NCBI GenBank assembly: GCA_964404595.1 | Contig: CAYOKQ010000001.1 | Location: 22,618 to 71,165, forward strand | Source of the DNA: an uncultured Methanosarcinales archaeon | GTDB taxonomy: Archaea; Nanobdellota; Nanobdellia; Woesearchaeales; GW2011-AR9 | Reading direction: 5' to 3' | DNA: 48,548 nt | Shown here: one piece after another, positions 44,401-48,548 of the stretch | How the letters are laid out: each line of letters starts with the position of its first letter | Numbering within the stretch: the first letter of the stretch is position 1 | Position numbers and translations under genes: made by a program | Notes under the pieces: generated by a model | What the model was told of the DNA's origin: nothing | Seen by the model: the letters and a program-made list of their open reading frames with translations, nothing else | The model's database searches: none

Positions 44401-44630
44401 TGACAGATAAGCTGCCTATTCTTAGGGCTAAGGAAATAGCAAAAATTCTGGAAAAGATGGGGTTTGGATTCAAAAGACAAAAAGGAAGCCACATGTTCTT
44501 TGAGCATCCTGATGGAAGAACTACAGTGATACCCAACCACCCTACCGATCATGTTGATAGAGGTTTATTGAACAAGATCATTAAGCACGATTTAGGAATC
44601 ACCAGAGAAGTATTTTTAGAATATGTTTGA
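44400..44630 (+). CDS. hicA: HicA-family mRNA interferase toxin
   Basis: AKEIAKILEKMGFGFKRQKGSHMFFEHPDGRTTVIPNHP is the HicA/YcfA pattern with the catalytic GSH. The start overlaps the hicB stop (TAATG). Confidence 0.85.
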   Translation: MTDKLPILRAKEIAKILEKMGFGFKRQKGSHMFFEHPDGRTTVIPNHPTDHVDRGLLNKIIKHDLGITREVFLEYV

Positions 44631-44756
44631 TTATTTCTTTCGTGCTATCTTCCACACTAATTTGAATTGATTTTTATAACTCTGTGCGTTATCTTTATTT
44701 TGAATTACCACCGCCAAAGGAGGTTTGGCAGTCCAAATTAAAAGAATAATTGTGTC

Positions 44757-45290
44757 TTGGTATATCATGGTGTCAGTGAAGGTTGGATATTCATTTGGAA
44801 GAAATCTAACTTCTGTAACAATATGATTTGTTATAGTGACAGAACCGAACCAGTATACATACCGACACAGAAAGAAATATCACACATAGAACAAATACTA
44901 GGCGCTTCAATATTAATGAAAAATTGGGCTAAATTACCGGTCGAAATGGAAATAGAATTCTTACCTGATACCTATAATTCTTCCCACCCATCAGATTATC
45001 CACTTCCGAAAAAAAATAGAACCAAGCACATTCGATACCAAGGTTCAAGAAAAGATCTTTCTATAATAACCGAAAATATGAAGTGGTGGTTTTACTGGAG
45101 ATCCCGTCCTCCAACAAAAATGAGTACCTATCAAATTTCAGTTTCACACCACGAATCAGATAAAGTAACCTACTCGACTATGCTCTGGGTTAGTGATGAT
45201 CTTCATAGAGAATATAATGAACTTCTGCAATCCATTTACAAGACAGCTTTTTTGCGGGCGAATCTTCCAGCCTTTTTCAAAATGATCTAA
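44757..45290 (+). CDS. hypothetical protein (TTG start in the track)
   Basis: ORF only, with a non-ATG start and low GC. Confidence 0.3.
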   Translation: MVYHGVSEGWIFIWKKSNFCNNMICYSDRTEPVYIPTQKEISHIEQILGASILMKNWAKLPVEMEIEFLPDTYNSSHPSDYPLPKKNRTKHIRYQGSRKDLSIITENMKWWFYWRSRPPTKMSTYQISVSHHESDKVTYSTMLWVSDDLHREYNELLQSIYKTAFLRANLPAFFKMI

Positions 45291-45291
45291 A

Positions 45292-45738
45292 TTATCTTTT
45301 TCCCAGTTTCACATACTTCTGCACCATTTTCTCGAACCTTCCCATCTCCTTCCTCGTATTAAAATACAGCAAATGTTTCTTCCCTTGCTTGGTCATCAAA
45401 TACCCACCTAAAAAGAAATGATCTAATTTGTGATGTTTAATATTCTTAAGAGGTATCTGTTCGTGAATCACTTTATTTCTTCTGGTGCGATGCACCTGCA
45501 AATGGGTTCTTCCCAAGTGATACACGTCTTCTACTTTATGCACGGCTTTGGCTCCATGAGCAACGAGCAAATACAATCCCAGAAAAATCAGGGCAGTTGC
45601 CAATGCCACAATCCATTGATAACTAAATTCATACAAAGATACCAAAAAAATGAGAATTGATAAAATGACGATAAACAGGATTTCTATACGCAAAAAAGCT
45701 ACTTGGGGAAATTTCCAGGAATAAGATGCATCGGCCAT
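45292..45738 (-). CDS. hypothetical membrane protein (148 aa)
   Basis: Two N-terminal TM helices followed by a basic soluble domain. Confidence 0.45.
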   Translation of the reverse strand: MADASYSWKFPQVAFLRIEILFIVILSILIFLVSLYEFSYQWIVALATALIFLGLYLLVAHGAKAVHKVEDVYHLGRTHLQVHRTRRNKVIHEQIPLKNIKHHKLDHFFLGGYLMTKQGKKHLLYFNTRKEMGRFEKMVQKYVKLGKR

Positions 45739-45739
45739 G

Positions 45740-45958
45740 TTATACCTCTACCACCGGTGCTTTGGTCATGCTAATCAAAGAAGCGATGAACATCATAGCA
45801 AATATGAACATGAAGGCCAATCCAAAATTAAAGCTTTGCGGATAGACATAGTAGGCGGAAATGAGGAAACCGAGCATGGCGGTAAGCATAAAGCTGCCTT
45901 TAAGAGGTGCTGCATGCCATTTCATTTTAGAAGGTACTTTCTGTGTTTGTTTAGCCAT
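45740..45958 (-). CDS. small membrane protein (72 aa)
   Basis: Two TM helices. It ends 1 nt before the start of the downstream gene (45292..45738) on the same strand. Confidence 0.45.
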   Translation of the reverse strand: MAKQTQKVPSKMKWHAAPLKGSFMLTAMLGFLISAYYVYPQSFNFGLAFMFIFAMMFIASLISMTKAPVVEV

Positions 45959-45988
45959 AATTCACCTCTTTTGTACTATAGAAAATTC

Positions 45989-46279
45989 CTAGGTTTTTAA
46001 AGGTTGCGGGGTTGGGGGTTTGGGGTTGAGAAATTCAGTGGTGGGATCGATAAAATCTGGACTTGGCCACTTAATGCTTTCCCCCATCTTGACGATGTCG
46101 CTGATTTCAATCCCCAGTTCTTCCCGAATTTCCCGACGCAAAGCTCTTTCTTCCGTTTCTCCTTCCTCTATTCTTCCTCCCGGAATCAGGTATCCTTTCC
46201 AATTTTTTTGGAATATAAACCAGGGGGTAGCAGTTGGACGAAGAGATGTCTCGTCTAATCTTTTTAGAGATGATGTTCG
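45989..46279 (-). pseudogene. NUDIX hydrolase remnant (Nudix box intact, no start codon, short C-terminus)
   Basis: The minus-strand frame reads ...WKGYLIPGGRIEEGETEERALRREIREELGIE..., a good GX5EX7REUXEEXGU Nudix box. The open frame (bounded by TAA at 46280..46282) contains no ATG/GTG/TTG upstream of the box. An A7 run at about 46205 could be a frameshift site. Confidence 0.45.
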
Positions 46280-46508
46280 TTATATCGGAGTATAGATTAA
46301 AAACGTTTGTGAAGAAAAAATTATCTTATTTTGAACGCTCGCTGCATGATATTGTTAAACCCTTTGCTAAAACCATAAAGAACCATTCCGATCGTAAAGA
46401 CAAATGCAATACTGTTGAGAAGATCTTCCGTATTCATCTAGAAAACACCGATGATCTTCAATAACAAAAGGATAATTCCCACTACTCCTAAAACTATACC
46501 GTTTATTT

Positions 46509-47639
46509 TTAAATTTTTGCACTGAATTTTTGCACCATCTTCTGCGCTTTCTTCCTATTCTCCTGATGCTCCTTCAAAAAGGCAGTTATTTTCTTTATAG
46601 TGTATTCTTTTAACTCTCCCGATAATAATTTTCCTGAGCGATAATCCTGTTCAATCTTCAATAATTGGGCATCATCTGGCTCTAATCCATATTTCAACAT
46701 CTGAAAAGATACATCAATATCGGGATTCCCGCCTTTGGCCCGATGTTCTTCAAGTGTGGGCTGCCCACCGGAAAAAGCATATTTTTTTATTTTTGTTGCT
46801 GCTTCCTCCGGAGAATCGGTTAAGGCAATAAAAGACATGGGATCGGAGGAAGACATCTTATCTCCTTTTAATCCTGGTAAAAATTTATGGTAGGTCGAAC
46901 TTAATTGCAGGAATTTAAACTCTTTAATCCGTGAAGAAACGTCCCGTGCCAAGCGCAAATGCGGGTCTTGGTCAGATCCCACTGGCACGATTACAGGAAG
47001 AATGCCGCCCTCAAACTCTGGTAATTGCGGATGCAACATATCTGCTGCTTGCAGTAAGGAAGCGCTCATTTTTCCCGGGCTAACCTCACCGTAGATTGCT
47101 TTAAATTCATTATAGGTAAGGTGGCGCGACAGCATCAAAGCTAAGGAGTAATAGGCACTTGCTTTTACACCATCACTTGAGCGCATCGATTGAAAATAAA
47201 AATCACAATTTCGAGGCTGCAACCCTAAGGCAATATAATTGGTTAAATATTCTTTGATTGCTGTTTCGCGAAGCTGTCCCATATCCGGAATTCTGGAATT
47301 ATACGCTTCTATGTCTGCAACCGTAAGGTAAATTTTGGCGCCAAGAGACTGATAGAAAATAATTTGCTCCGCCACTAATTTATGCCCGAAATGGAATTTG
47401 CCCGAAGGCATCAATCCGGTCATCATGGCAAAAGGCTTTTTGTGTTCCACGGCATCCACTATCTGTTTAAAATCGCGATGAGCAAAGATGATGCCTCTAC
47501 GAAAAAGAACATTCTTCTGAAAGGCTTCCGGAAGATAACGTAAAGGCTGCAATCCAAACTCGGCTATCAATCGGTCATAATCAATCTTGCCTTTGACTTC
47601 CCAAGGGGTTATAATGTGTGCCATGACCAATAGAAGCAA
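46509..47639 (-). CDS. trpS: tryptophanyl-tRNA synthetase (archaeal/eukaryotic type)
   Basis: ITPWEVKGKIDYDRLIAEFG is the typical N-terminus. The HIGH-type motif is FHFGH and the KMSKS-type motif is KMSSS. The start could be the second ATG at 47624. Confidence 0.9.
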   Translation of the reverse strand: MLLLVMAHIITPWEVKGKIDYDRLIAEFGLQPLRYLPEAFQKNVLFRRGIIFAHRDFKQIVDAVEHKKPFAMMTGLMPSGKFHFGHKLVAEQIIFYQSLGAKIYLTVADIEAYNSRIPDMGQLRETAIKEYLTNYIALGLQPRNCDFYFQSMRSSDGVKASAYYSLALMLSRHLTYNEFKAIYGEVSPGKMSASLLQAADMLHPQLPEFEGGILPVIVPVGSDQDPHLRLARDVSSRIKEFKFLQLSSTYHKFLPGLKGDKMSSSDPMSFIALTDSPEEAATKIKKYAFSGGQPTLEEHRAKGGNPDIDVSFQMLKYGLEPDDAQLLKIEQDYRSGKLLSGELKEYTIKKITAFLKEHQENRKKAQKMVQKFSAKI

Positions 47640-47666
47640 ATCTCTACAATTTATAAGTGTTTACTA

Positions 47667-47909
47667 TCATTTCTCCCATACTTTCCTCACCGTGGACTCA
47701 AGTGGAGACAAGCCTTTCAAAACACTATCATGCCCGCTCCCGGGAAAGTTGACCCGGCCCCAATTTTTACGTTTACATTTTTCGCAATGGATAACTTTAT
47801 AATGATGCTCATGGCCGCCGGCCCAAGAAGAGTACCATTTCTCTCCATTCAATCCCTGCTTGCAATACAGGCACTTATGCAATGACGGGCGATTAAATAT
47901 ATAGTCCAT
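47667..47909 (-). CDS. hypothetical Zn-ribbon protein (80 aa)
   Basis: CLYC ... CEKC pairs are present. Confidence 0.45.
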   Translation of the reverse strand: MDYIFNRPSLHKCLYCKQGLNGEKWYSSWAGGHEHHYKVIHCEKCKRKNWGRVNFPGSGHDSVLKGLSPLESTVRKVWEK

Positions 47910-47970
47910 ATGTTTTCTGAGGGGATATTTTAAAGAGAATATTTAAATAGCTTCCGTTTTTGGAAAAAAC

Positions 47971-48548
47971 ATGAAATATCTTTTTACTAACATCCTCGGC
48001 AGTTTTGTATTTGAGGATCAATTAGAAATTATAGATTCCATACTTTTTTCCAGCATCGGTGAATATGAAAACAGAGCAAGCACAGAACAAAAACTAAAGA
48101 AAAGGCACCCCCAGAGTGTTCCTCTTCCTTCTGAAAAATTATTCAAAGTCCTGCTTCATTTCAAAGACACCCAATATTACGATGCATTCTATCATCAAAA
48201 TATGGCTTTAACCAAGAATGGAATCCAACGGAGTGTGTCGGAGGATATATTTATCATGCAGACAATCGCCAACATTAACGAACTTGACAAAGTCGTTAAT
48301 CTGCTGAGCAAGCGAGTTAGGGAATGGTATAGCTGGTATGCGCCGGAAGTGGTGGAACATCTCTTGGATCATGAAAAGTTGATGGAATTGATATGCAATA
48401 AAAGCAGAGCTGAGTTGCTCAAAGAATTCAAAGAACCTGAAACGATGGGCGCTCCTATGGATAAAGTACACGTGGAGGAAATTTTACTTCTGGCAAAGCA
48501 GGTTAAAGAATTATTTCAGCTTCGAAAACGCCATGAAAAGTACTTACA
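47971..48548 (+). CDS. nop5: Nop5 (Nop56/58) C/D box sRNP core protein, N-terminal part (runs off the right edge)
   Basis: Not in the ORF track (no stop in the window). It reads MKYLFTNILGSFVFED... then ...QTIANINELDKVVNLLSKRVREWYSWYAPEV, which matches the Nop5 coiled-coil/NOP domain entry (L..R.REWY....PEL). Confidence 0.8.
   Translation, partial: MKYLFTNILGSFVFEDQLEIIDSILFSSIGEYENRASTEQKLKKRHPQSVPLPSEKLFKVLLHFKDTQYYDAFYHQNMALTKNGIQRSVSEDIFIMQTIANINELDKVVNLLSKRVREWYSWYAPEVVEHLLDHEKLMELICNKSRAELLKEFKEPETMGAPMDKVHVEEILLLAKQVKELFQLRKRHEKYL

Noticed and set aside
1-48548. CRISPR arrays, rRNA genes, transposases or integrases
   Set aside because: Scanning intergenic regions by eye showed no regularly spaced direct repeats, no rRNA-like stretches and no DDE or tyrosine-recombinase-like ORFs. 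The only RNA gene I can support is the tRNA at 1230..1371.

Overview
This window looks like an archaeal chromosomal segment, probably from a small-genome DPANN-like lineage (inference). All calls rest on motif recognition by eye; no database search was run.

Core archaeal information-processing genes present:
- aIF5B, aIF1A, and aEF-1beta with its usual upstream Zn-ribbon partner
- Trm1, RtcA, Hef helicase/nuclease, archaeal/eukaryotic-type TrpRS, Nop5 (partial)
- an intron-containing tRNA-Trp(CCA)

Accessory content between them:
- three toxin-antitoxin pairs (DUF433/DUF5615, HEPN/MNT, HicB/HicA)
- an orphan Cas4-like nuclease and a DUF1016 nuclease
- two paralogous tandem Lrp/AsnC regulators
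- a glycosyltransferase/transporter cluster
- bacterial-type genes (lytic transglycosylase, signal peptidase II) and a eukaryote-type pyrimidine 5'-nucleotidase
- several decayed gene remnants

I saw no rRNA, CRISPR array, integrase or transposase.

The most unusual locus is 31126..38960 (possibly extending to 39989). It is a translationally coupled operon in which every gene junction is an ATGA start/stop overlap. It encodes:
- a 45-aa ribbon-helix-helix protein that is not in the ORF track
- a 1243-aa SNF2 ATPase fused to a class I SAM methyltransferase
- three tandem paralogs (474, 472 and 378 aa), each built from a conserved ~100-aa head plus 3-4 copies of an ~83-103-aa repeat that I cannot assign to any known family

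A 319-aa orphan protein with its own TATA-like element follows the operon.
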